A DNA stretch of 32,000 bases, taken from positions 750,001 through 782,000 of the forward strand of contig NC_009776.1 in assembly GCF_000017945.1 (NCBI RefSeq), read 5' to 3'. Of the stretch, positions 24,827 through 32,000 are shown piece after piece; the stretch's first letter is position 1; each line of letters starts with the position of its first letter. The position numbers and the translations under genes were made by a program. Origin of the DNA: Ignicoccus hospitalis KIN4/I (GTDB lineage: Archaea; Thermoproteota; Thermoprotei_A; Sulfolobales; Ignicoccaceae). The notes beneath the pieces were generated by a model, which saw only the letters and a list, made by a program, of their open reading frames with translations, had not been told where the DNA came from and did no database searches.

Positions 24827-26371
24827 ATGAAGAGGGTACTCGTAGTAACGAGTAAGAGGTTGGAGAGCGCCGTCAAGGCCATGCTCAAGCCCCCTGAGGG
24901 CTACTCCGTGGAGGTCTGGGGGCTTCCGGTGGACGTGGTGGCCCTCCTTAGGCCGAGGAGCTTGAAGGAGTTGTTGAGGTTAGAGGAGAGGAAGAGGGGT
25001 ACCCCCCTTAGCTCCTTCGACTACGTCTTGGTCTCCGGAGCCATTCCCGGCGACTTGAGCGAGGTCGGCGAGGGGCTGGGCGCGAAGATCTATAAAGGGA
25101 CCAAGACCTTGAGTGACTTCGAAGTTATGATTAAGAACTTAAACGCGGTGGAGAAGTACTTGTCCCCCTCGGAGCCCCTCGACGAGGTGTTGAGCGAGCT
25201 GAAGTTGAAGGAGCTGAGGGAGTTCATAGAGACCTACGTCCCGGAGGAGTACGTCGTCGTGGGGGGCTTGAAGGTCCCGTTGAGGCCCCCGCCCGCCTTG
25301 TTGGCGGCGGAGGTGTTGGACAACGAAGACGTGGAGTCCCAGCTCCTAAAGGCCTCCGAAGTGGCCGACATGGTGATAGTCGGCTCCACCTCCACCTCTC
25401 CGGACCCCGAGAAGGCCCGGAGGCTGGTCGAGCTCGCCAGGAGGTACTTCCACACGGTAGGCTTCGACAGCATGTTTGTAAAGGAGATGAAAGCTGTGGA
25501 CGCGGACCTCATACTGTCTTTGGAGAGGTCGAAGCTCGAGGAGCTCGAGCCCTCAGACGACAAGGCCTTCGTCGTAATCCCGGGGGACGTGAAGAGGAAC
25601 TACTGGCCAAATAACGCCGAGGAGAAGGTAGAGTCACTCTTGTCTAACCTGAAGGTCGCCCAAGAGCGCGGCTTCGAGAAGGTTATAGTGGACCCCGTGC
25701 TCTCTCCCTTCCCGCATACTTTGGAAAGCTTCGTGGCCTTGAGAGAAATCTCAAAGAAAGTTAAGGCTCCCATAATGTTAGGCTTGAGCAACTTCGTGGA
25801 GCTGGTGGACGCGGACAGCCCCGGACAGCTGGCCGCTCTGACCTCCTTGGCCCTAGAGGGAGGGGCCTCGTTGCTCATGGTAACTGAACACAGCGACAAG
25901 TGTAAGGGCGCGTGGTCGGAAGCGAAGGCGGCCGCTATAATGACCTCATACGCCTTGTACAAGTCAACCCTGCCCAAAGACTTAGGCTTGGATTTGTTAA
26001 TACTTAAGGAAAAAAGGATAAGGAGAGAGAAAGTAAGCGTGGAGAACAAGAGAGAGATAGAGGTGAGGGACGTAAAGTTCAAGTTGGAGAATACTGTAGT
26101 TAGGATTTGGGTAGAGGGCGACGAGGTGAGGGCCTCCGTGGAGCCCCACGGCGTGTGGCTCAGGGGCGACGCCTACTTGATAGGAAAAACCATAATAGCA
26201 GAGGGGCTGGTGAAGGAACCGTCACACGCCCTCTACTTAGGGTGGGAGCTCCAGAAGGCCCACTTGGCGGCCAAGCTCAACAAGAGCTACGTACAAGACG
26301 AGGAGCTGCGCTTCGAACCTCCAAGGGAGAAACTTAGGGGGCTCCGAGAAGGAGAGGGGGACGCGAGTTGA
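24827..26371 (+). CDS. Dihydropteroate synthase-like (pterin-binding TIM barrel) protein with extra N- and C-terminal domains (MJ0107-like family as I recall it)
   Basis: The central region shows a DHPS-like pattern: VIVGSTSTSPDPE, VGFDS, ILSLE, IVDPVLSPF, GLSNFVEL, ALEGGASLLMV. The C-terminal domain ends HALYLGWELQKAHLAAKLNKSYVQDEEL, which resembles the DUF4346 type. The substrate is unknown. Confidence 0.5.
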   Translation: MKRVLVVTSKRLESAVKAMLKPPEGYSVEVWGLPVDVVALLRPRSLKELLRLEERKRGTPLSSFDYVLVSGAIPGDLSEVGEGLGAKIYKGTKTLSDFEVMIKNLNAVEKYLSPSEPLDEVLSELKLKELREFIETYVPEEYVVVGGLKVPLRPPPALLAAEVLDNEDVESQLLKASEVADMVIVGSTSTSPDPEKARRLVELARRYFHTVGFDSMFVKEMKAVDADLILSLERSKLEELEPSDDKAFVVIPGDVKRNYWPNNAEEKVESLLSNLKVAQERGFEKVIVDPVLSPFPHTLESFVALREISKKVKAPIMLGLSNFVELVDADSPGQLAALTSLALEGGASLLMVTEHSDKCKGAWSEAKAAAIMTSYALYKSTLPKDLGLDLLILKEKRIRREKVSVENKREIEVRDVKFKLENTVVRIWVEGDEVRASVEPHGVWLRGDAYLIGKTIIAEGLVKEPSHALYLGWELQKAHLAAKLNKSYVQDEELRFEPPREKLRGLREGEGDAS

Positions 26372-27183
26372 AGGTAAGGGTGGGCCACAGCCCAGACCCG
26401 GACGACGCCTTCATGTTCTACCCAATAAAGTTCAAGAAGATAGACTTGAGAGGCTATGAAGTGGAAGAGGTTGTGGAAGATATCGAAACCCTCAATAAGA
26501 TGGCCTTAAAAGGGGAGCTCGACGTAACCGCCGTGTCCGCCCACGCTTACGCCTACCTGGCCCCCAAGTTCGACGTCCTCTCCTCTGGGGCCAGCATGGG
26601 GAAGGGCTACGGCCCGGTGGTGGTCGCGAGGGAGGCAAAGGAGCTCTCCGGGGCTAGGGTGGCGATACCCGGCGAGCTGACCACCGCCGCGCTCCTCGCG
26701 AAAATGTACTTACCTAAGGACGTGGAATTCGTCGTTATAAAGTTTGACGAAATACCTCAAGCGGTCGCTAGGGGCGAGGTGGACGCGGGAGTCCTAATAC
26801 ACGAGGGCCAGCTGACCTACCCTAAGCTAGGTCTGAAGAAAGTTATGGACTTCGGGGAGCTGTGGTACGAGGAGACGGGCTTGCCCCTCCCCTTAGGGTT
26901 GGACGTGGCCAAGTGGGAGGTCTCCCAAGACTGGGCCGAGATATGGTACGAGGCCGTTAAGTGGTCCTTGGAGAACCCCAAGGAGGCGCTGTCGCACGCC
27001 CTCAAGTTCGCCCGGGGGCTCGACGAGGACACCACGGAGAAGTTCGTAAGGATGTATGTTAACGAATATACCCTTGATATGGGCGAAGAAGGGGAGGAGG
27101 CCTTGAGGGAGCTCTACAAGAGGGCCTACAAGTCCAAGGCCCTCGACTTCCTCCCCGAGTTCAAGGTAGTTAGGCCCTCTTGA
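26368..27183 (+). CDS. MqnA/MqnD-family protein, MqnD-like (1,4-dihydroxy-6-naphthoate synthase candidate)
   Basis: The N-terminus VGHSPDPDDAFMFY is followed by EDIETLNKMALKGELDVTAVSAHAY, GYGPVVVAR, AIPGELTTAALL, GEVDAGVLIHEGQLTY and TGLPLPLG. These match the periplasmic-binding-like MqnD fold pattern. The TTG start forms a TTGA overlap with the DHPS-like stop. Confidence 0.6.
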   Translation: MKVRVGHSPDPDDAFMFYPIKFKKIDLRGYEVEEVVEDIETLNKMALKGELDVTAVSAHAYAYLAPKFDVLSSGASMGKGYGPVVVAREAKELSGARVAIPGELTTAALLAKMYLPKDVEFVVIKFDEIPQAVARGEVDAGVLIHEGQLTYPKLGLKKVMDFGELWYEETGLPLPLGLDVAKWEVSQDWAEIWYEAVKWSLENPKEALSHALKFARGLDEDTTEKFVRMYVNEYTLDMGEEGEEALRELYKRAYKSKALDFLPEFKVVRPS

Positions 27184-28537
27184 TGCGGATTACCGTCCAT
27201 CCGGCCTCCCTAGCGTCCTCCGGGACCGTCCCCACCGTCACCAGCACGGCGGCCGAGGAGTACTTCTTAATCTTACGCATCACGTCAGTTACCTCAGTCT
27301 CGTCGAACCAGTAGCCGTCCGTGAGCACCACGACCACGTCCCCTCTCCTCATCTTTTTGTAGACGAATTCCAGCGCCGGCCGCGAGAGGGTGCCTCCCCC
27401 TCCCTTGACGCTCTTCTTGACGTAGTTGAGGAGCCTGCTCCTGCTCGCGGCGGTCACCACCAAGTTCGGCTCTACGTCCCAAGTGACTAAGTTTACCTTA
27501 CCTAACTTGGATATCGCAACTACTTCGGCTAAGAACGTTGAGAGCTCTTCGTCAGTTATCGAGGCTGAGGTGTCTACGAGCAACCACAAGTTGTTGCCGG
27601 TCCTCAAGTAACCCGGCACGCCTTCGAGGCCCCTTCTGTTGGGCACTTGCCAGCTCCTCACGCTCTTGATCGTCCCCTTTTTCAGCGCGCTCCTCAACAG
27701 CAAGGCCCACTGAACTTGCGGCTTGGAGGGCGCTACGAACCTCTCCAGCCCTCCCGGCAAGTTGCCCGCCCTCCTCAAGGAGACGGCCAGCTCAACCGCT
27801 TGCTCTACGACTTTGTCCTTCAATTTTGTAGGATCCTTAGTGTTCTTGAAGTACTCGTAAGATTTCTTAAATTCTTCCTCTACGTCCTTGCTGCCGTGCC
27901 AAAGCTTCTCCTTGGGGTAGACCCTCCTCTCCTCGTTGCTTACCGAGTCAACTACGTCGCTTACCACGACGGTGAAGTCGTAATAGGAGCGCTCCCCGCG
28001 GCCGTGGGCCTCCCTCTCGCCCCTCTGGTTCTCTATTACCAGCCTAAGCTCGTTGTTGTTGATGGAATTGAGCAACTTCTCGTAGATGAGCTCTGCGGGC
28101 TCTTTGGGTCCTACGCCTATGAAGCGGAACCTCCTCCAAGTTACCGGTTCCGAGCCCGTCAACTTTATCATTGAAGAATACAAGTTAGAGAACAATCCCA
28201 ATTCTTCTAATATGCTGTTGACTTCTATGTCGCACGCCAAGTTCCACAGCAGGGGGTGGGAGACCTTCCTCTCTTTCAAGTATATCCAGTGTCCGAGGAC
28301 CCCGTGGAGGGCTTCGTGAGCGAGTAACTCCCCCAAGCCTTTGTGGTCGAGCTTATACAACCACTCCTTAGAGACCACTACCGAGCCGTCTCGGTAGTCG
28401 AAGTACGCGTAGCCGCCTTCTCTAGCGCCGACCTTTACAGAGTACTTGGCGACGTGGCCGCCGAGCCCGGGATTCTTCGCCGAGAGGTACGCGATCGCCC
28501 TCTCTACTTTCTCTCTCAGCTTCAGCGACGCGTACAA
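27170..28537 (-). CDS. Two-domain protein with an N-terminal HExxH zincin-like domain and a C-terminal VWA domain (DUF2201/COG3864-like)
   Basis: The zincin motif is LLAHEALHGVLGH. The C-terminal VWA has a MIDAS-like LLVDTSASITDEE and a later GGGT, then VVVLTDG. The protein is 455 aa. Confidence 0.7.
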   Translation of the reverse strand: MYASLKLREKVERAIAYLSAKNPGLGGHVAKYSVKVGAREGGYAYFDYRDGSVVVSKEWLYKLDHKGLGELLAHEALHGVLGHWIYLKERKVSHPLLWNLACDIEVNSILEELGLFSNLYSSMIKLTGSEPVTWRRFRFIGVGPKEPAELIYEKLLNSINNNELRLVIENQRGEREAHGRGERSYYDFTVVVSDVVDSVSNEERRVYPKEKLWHGSKDVEEEFKKSYEYFKNTKDPTKLKDKVVEQAVELAVSLRRAGNLPGGLERFVAPSKPQVQWALLLRSALKKGTIKSVRSWQVPNRRGLEGVPGYLRTGNNLWLLVDTSASITDEELSTFLAEVVAISKLGKVNLVTWDVEPNLVVTAASRSRLLNYVKKSVKGGGGTLSRPALEFVYKKMRRGDVVVVLTDGYWFDETEVTDVMRKIKKYSSAAVLVTVGTVPEDAREAGWTVIRIKRA

Positions 28538-28558
28538 CCCCCGCGTCCTCTCCGGGGA

Positions 28559-29194
28559 CTACTCCTCCTCGATTAAAGGTACGAAGGCTACAGGCAGCAG
28601 CTTCTTTATTACATATCCCTCCGGAGTCTTGATTATCTTGTAGAGTACTTGATATCCCGGCTCCTCCTCCACTGGGATCACCATTATTCCCCCCACCTTG
28701 AGCTGCTTCAAGAGGGCCTCTGGAACCCTCTTCGCCGCGGCAGTTACTATTATCTTATCGTAAGGGGCGGCGGGCGGGTAGCCCTTGCTTCCGTCGCCCA
28801 CCAGCACGGTGACGTTGTTGTATCCCAACGCCTTTAGCCTCTCCCTCGCGCGCTCGGCGAGCTCGGGGATCCTCTCTATAGTATAAACGTGGCCCTCCGG
28901 CCCCACCAGCTCTGCCATTACGGCCGCGTGGTAGCCAGAACCCGTGCCCACCTCTAGGACCTTGTCGCCCCTCCGCAGCTCGGCAGCCTCGACCATGTAA
29001 GCGACCATGTGGGGCGCACTTATCGTCTGTCCCGCCCCTATCGGAAGGGGGGTGTCCTCGTAGGCCATGTGTCGGAGCTCCTCCGGAACGAACAGCTCCC
29101 TGGGCACCTTCATCATCGCTTCGGCTACTTCCTTCCTCTTTATGTAACCTTCAGCGATCAAGTTCCTTATCAATTCCCTCTTCTTCTCCTCCAA
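28559..29194 (-). CDS. pcm: Protein-L-isoaspartate O-methyltransferase
   Basis: The motifs QTISAPHMVAYMVE and the SAM-binding VLEVGTGSGYHAAVMAE are present, and the 211-aa length fits. Confidence 0.9.
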   Translation of the reverse strand: MEEKKRELIRNLIAEGYIKRKEVAEAMMKVPRELFVPEELRHMAYEDTPLPIGAGQTISAPHMVAYMVEAAELRRGDKVLEVGTGSGYHAAVMAELVGPEGHVYTIERIPELAERARERLKALGYNNVTVLVGDGSKGYPPAAPYDKIIVTAAAKRVPEALLKQLKVGGIMVIPVEEEPGYQVLYKIIKTPEGYVIKKLLPVAFVPLIEEE

Positions 29195-29275
29195 GGCCTC
29201 ATCCGAGGAACTCTTTCGAAGTAGTTACTTAAGAGATGTGGAGCGTCCGAGGGTAGGTGTCACAGTTTGAGCATA

Positions 29276-29310
29276 TCCTTGCCCTCCGCACCCCAAGTCT
29301 CCTTGCCCTC
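29276..29310 (+). repeat. 11-nt perfect direct repeat TCCTTGCCCTC x2 (29276-29286 and 29300-29310, 24-nt period)
   Basis: I read this directly from the sequence. It lies in the G+C-rich stretch between pcm and the A+T-rich Met-rich ORF. If the long ORF from 29267 is real, the repeat encodes SLPS twice. Confidence 0.6.
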
Positions 29311-29350
29311 GGGGGGTAGCGAGAGCCTAGTTACGGGCGTGATAAAGACT

Positions 29351-29626
29351 ATGGCAGACGTTATGACCAAAATGGCAATAATGATGAAAGATATGTACAC
29401 GTTAACTAAAGAGATGCACGACATTATGTTGGAGATGGCAAAGACAAACAAAGAGATACTGAAAGACATAAGACTTCTCATGAATGAGACGACGAATGAG
29501 ATGGTACATTCAATGAAAACGATGGACGCAATGATGTCCACAGTTATGCTCTACCAGCAGTTAATGCTAATAATGATGATTGTTGTTGTCCTAATTTTAG
29601 CGTTCTTAGTACTGCGGGGCGGGTAG
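29351..29626 (+). CDS. Methionine-rich small tail-anchored membrane protein (no recognised family)
   Basis: The 91 aa from the ATG at 29351 read MADVMTKMAIMMKDMYTLTKEMHDIMLEMAKTNKEILKDIRLLMNETTNEMVHSMKTMDAMMSTVMLYQQLMLIMMIVVVLILAFLVLRGG. There are 19 Met and a 3-4 hydrophobic spacing over about 68 aa, followed by a TM helix. GTGAT (SD-like) lies 8 nt upstream. The ORF ends 8 nt before hisS. It is also open from a TTG at 29267, and an antisense ORF (29260..29541) is open too, so strand and start are unproven. Confidence 0.45.
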   Translation: MADVMTKMAIMMKDMYTLTKEMHDIMLEMAKTNKEILKDIRLLMNETTNEMVHSMKTMDAMMSTVMLYQQLMLIMMIVVVLILAFLVLRGG

Positions 29627-29634
29627 GCGAGGCC

Positions 29635-30924
29635 TTGAAGCTGGACCCCGAGCCGCTCAGAGGGTTCAGAGACCTCTTCGGGGAAGAGGCGGAGGCGTTG
29701 GAGGCGGTCACCGAGGAGGCGGAGAAGCTGGCTAGGAACTGGTCCTTTGAAAGGTGCTACTTACCCACGGTGGAGCGCTTCGAGCTCTTTGCCATGAAGA
29801 GCGGTGTGGAAATAGAGAGAAGTATGTACGTGTTCGTCGACAAGGGCGGAAGGAAGGTCACCCTCCGACCGGAGGCCACGGCTTCCGCAGTGAGGGCTTA
29901 CTTGAGGTTGTTGCGTCCGAGGCCCAAGCCGGTGAAGCTCTTCACAGTAGTTAACGTCTTCAGGTACGATGAGCCTCAGTTCGCGAGGTACAGGGAGTTC
30001 TACCAAGCCGACTTCGAGGTCTTCGGGGCCTCGTCGCCGTACCAAGACTCGGAACTCTTGACCATGCTCCACGAGTACTACGAGAACTTGGGGCTCCCCC
30101 ACGAGATACTCCTCGGCAGCGTTAAGGCTCTGAGGGGCGTCCTGTCCGAGGAAGGCATAGAAGAGAGGGACCAAGACGTGGTCCTTCACTACGTAGACAA
30201 AGGCATGATAGATAAGGCCTTGGAGCTTGTGGAGAACAAGGCGAGGAGGCCGGAGAGGGCCAAGGAGGCGGTCGCCGTATTGTCGACCAAGGAGGGGGGC
30301 GAGGAGGTAATCAAAGAGGGGAAGGAGTTGATGGAGTCTTGGGGCTACAAGTACCGTTTCGAGGACTTAGAAGAGGTGTTGAAGTATCTCCCGGATGACG
30401 TGAAGAGTGTAATAAGGTTGAAGTTGGGCTTCGCCCGCGGCTTGGCGTATTACACTGGTTTAATTTATGAAGTAAGGGTGCCGGGGTTCCCGGTGTCGGT
30501 GGCCGGAGGGGGGAGGTACGACGCGCTCACGGAGGTTTACGGTTGGGAGAGGGTGCCGGCGACAGGCTTCGCCATAGGTTTGGACAGAACCGCCCTAGCG
30601 TTGATGAAAGAGGGAAGGAGGTTCGTGTTCAGACCAACCGTCGCCGTGTTGCCCTTAGCCGAGGAGGCGAGGAAGGTAGCCTTAGAGGTCCAGAGGGAGC
30701 TCGCCTCCTTAGACGTAAACTCCTTCTTGCTAACCGAACAGAAGAGTATTAAGAAGGCACTTTCCTTTGCCTCTTCCATGAATGCTAAGGTTGCTATAAT
30801 AATAGGGAAGAAGGAGGTAGAGGAGAATAAAGTTACCATAAAGAACTTGGAAAAGGGCCTCCAAGTGAGCTGCGGGCGGGCGGAGCTGTTGGACTGTTTG
30901 AGCGAGACGTTGAAAACTCCGTGA
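29635..30924 (+). CDS. hisS: Histidyl-tRNA synthetase
   Basis: Class II motifs are present: LRGFRD N-terminus, [16 protein letters not shown] (motif 2), GGGRYD and GFAIGLDR (motif 3). A C-terminal anticodon-binding domain follows. The start codon is TTG. Confidence 0.9.
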   Translation: MKLDPEPLRGFRDLFGEEAEALEAVTEEAEKLARNWSFERCYLPTVERFELFAMKSGVEIERSMYVFVDKGGRKVTLRPEATASAVRAYLRLLRPRPKPVKLFTVVNVFRYDEPQFARYREFYQADFEVFGASSPYQDSELLTMLHEYYENLGLPHEILLGSVKALRGVLSEEGIEERDQDVVLHYVDKGMIDKALELVENKARRPERAKEAVAVLSTKEGGEEVIKEGKELMESWGYKYRFEDLEEVLKYLPDDVKSVIRLKLGFARGLAYYTGLIYEVRVPGFPVSVAGGGRYDALTEVYGWERVPATGFAIGLDRTALALMKEGRRFVFRPTVAVLPLAEEARKVALEVQRELASLDVNSFLLTEQKSIKKALSFASSMNAKVAIIIGKKEVEENKVTIKNLEKGLQVSCGRAELLDCLSETLKTP

Positions 30925-31514
30925 GCGAGAACAGCTCTCGGGGGACGCTCTTGAGTTTAGAGAAGCTGGGTCCCGGGAAGGACGCCCCCGAGGTCGTTAA
31001 CGTAGTGATAGAAATACCTATGGGAGGCTACGTCAAGTACGAGATGGACAAAGATACTGGGTTAATAAAGGTGGACAGAGTGCTCTACACCGCTATGTAC
31101 TACCCCTTCAACTACGGCTTCATACCGGGCACGCTGGAAGAGGACGGCGACCCCGTGGACGTCTTGGTCCTGAGCTACGACCCCTTCTACCCCGGCACCT
31201 ACCTAAAAGCCAAGCCGGTCGGCGTGCTCCTCATGGAGGATGAAGAAGGTCCCGACAGCAAGATTATCGCCGTCCCGGTGGAGAAGGTCGACCCGAGGTT
31301 CAAGGACATTAAGGACGTCAACGACATACCACAGATAATAAAGGACAAGATAAAACACTTCTTCGAACACTACAAGGAGCTGGAACCCGGCAAGTGGGTC
31401 AAGATAAAGGACTGGTTACCGAAGGAGGAAGCTTACAAGAAAATAAAGGCGGCCATCGACCGGTATCAACAAAATAAGCGCTCGAGCGCCCTAACGAGCG
31501 GGCAAGGGCAGTGA
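30921..31514 (+). CDS. ppa: Inorganic pyrophosphatase (family I)
   Basis: The core motifs are [17 protein letters not shown]...[24 protein letters not shown]...DSKIIAVP. The GTG start forms a GTGA overlap with the hisS stop. Short N- and C-terminal extensions flank the roughly 175-aa core. Confidence 0.9.
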   Translation: MSENSSRGTLLSLEKLGPGKDAPEVVNVVIEIPMGGYVKYEMDKDTGLIKVDRVLYTAMYYPFNYGFIPGTLEEDGDPVDVLVLSYDPFYPGTYLKAKPVGVLLMEDEEGPDSKIIAVPVEKVDPRFKDIKDVNDIPQIIKDKIKHFFEHYKELEPGKWVKIKDWLPKEEAYKKIKAAIDRYQQNKRSSALTSGQGQ

Positions 31515-31996
31515 TAACCTACGACGTACTCATTTTAACTCTCAGCGGAGTGCTGCTCGCCCACGGGTCCTTCGAGGTCCCCGCGGGGGACTTGTCGTGG
31601 ACCTTCTTCTACCCGTGCCCTCGCTGTGAAAACGTATTGGAGGTTATGTTAACTCCCCCGGAGAAGTTCTTGAACTTCGAGGGCGGAAAGTACGTGGGGC
31701 CCGGGGCCTTGGGCTTCCCAAACGGCATAATACCTTGTAACAAGTACGAGGTGGTTGAAGGGGGCGTCAAGTACTTGGTCTGCGCCCACAAGAACGTAAT
31801 CGTGTACGAGCGCTACCTCAAGGACTTCGCAGTACAGGTGAGCCTGAAGCCCACCTTAAAGGCCCTCGAGCTGGTACCCTTCGTCACCGACCCAGCCAGT
31901 CCTGGCAGTAAGGCAATAGTATCGTTCTTAGCGGCGCTCATAGCCACCTTTTCTGCGGTCGCTTTCCTAAAAAGGCACGAGCTGGTGGTGATGTGA
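31511..31996 (+). CDS. Hypothetical secreted or membrane-anchored Cys-containing protein
   Basis: It has an N-terminal hydrophobic segment ([14 protein letters not shown]), the Cys-containing stretches CPRC, PCNKY and LVCAHK, and a C-terminal TM helix ([19 protein letters not shown]). The GTG start forms a GTGA overlap with the ppa stop. No family was recognised. Confidence 0.5.
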   Translation: MITYDVLILTLSGVLLAHGSFEVPAGDLSWTFFYPCPRCENVLEVMLTPPEKFLNFEGGKYVGPGALGFPNGIIPCNKYEVVEGGVKYLVCAHKNVIVYERYLKDFAVQVSLKPTLKALELVPFVTDPASPGSKAIVSFLAALIATFSAVAFLKRHELVVM

Positions 31997-32000
31997 GCTT

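Noticed and set aside
29260-29541. 93-aa minus-strand hydrophobic ORF antisense to the Met-rich ORF
   Set aside because: An Ile/Phe/Ser-rich hydrophobic translation is the expected mirror of Met/Lys/Glu-rich codons. The ORF has no sensible operon context, as it would overlap the pcm promoter region. I kept it only as an alternative to be excluded experimentally.
1-32000. Search for CRISPR repeats, IS elements, integrases, tRNA or rRNA genes and a prophage boundary
   Set aside because: Reading by eye found no regularly spaced repeats, no transposase- or integrase-like ORFs and no tRNA-like conserved arms (for example GGTTCGAATCC-type T-arms). Coding density leaves no room for such elements apart from the 29.2-29.6 kb island discussed above.

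Overview
The window reads as a very gene-dense chromosomal segment of a hyperthermophilic crenarchaeon. The order is probably Desulfurococcales-like (Ignicoccus, Aeropyrum or Pyrodictiaceae type), but that is a low-confidence guess from protein composition and gene set. About 37 CDS cover nearly all 32 kb. I found no rRNA, tRNA, CRISPR array, transposase or integrase. Most genes are housekeeping. They include tRNA and RNA processing (cca, thpR, queC, thrS, hisS), transcription (TFS, PadR) and replication (PCNA, PriS, a RecJ/Cdc45-like protein). They also include KEOPS Pcc1, ribosomal proteins S15 and S3Ae, repair (EndoIII, pcm), inositol-phosphate synthase, futalosine-type menaquinone genes, a DHPS-like pterin-binding protein, PhoH-like and GlmU-like proteins, pyrophosphatase and a large sequon-rich surface protein. 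At least nine gene junctions are 4-nt NTGA start/stop overlaps, mostly with TTG or GTG starts, which let me refine several start codons. The most unusual locus is 29267-29626. It is an abrupt A+T-rich island (about 37% G+C by hand count, against about 63% next door) encoding a roughly 91-aa protein with 19 Met residues, an amphipathic helix and a C-terminal TM. I recognise no family for it, and an 11-nt direct repeat lies just upstream. Other leads are a YkgJ-type Cys-cluster protein and a coiled-coil mini-ORF behind PCNA-PriS, and a DHPS-like gene translationally coupled to an MqnD-like gene. There is also a thpR-cca-kinase chain, a possibly frameshifted membrane gene between queC and nth, an S15/RecJ-like/Pcc1/S3Ae cluster and an orphan VWA-zincin protein next to pcm. 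I see no recognisable defence system or mobile element. All functional calls rest on motifs read by eye, not on database searches.
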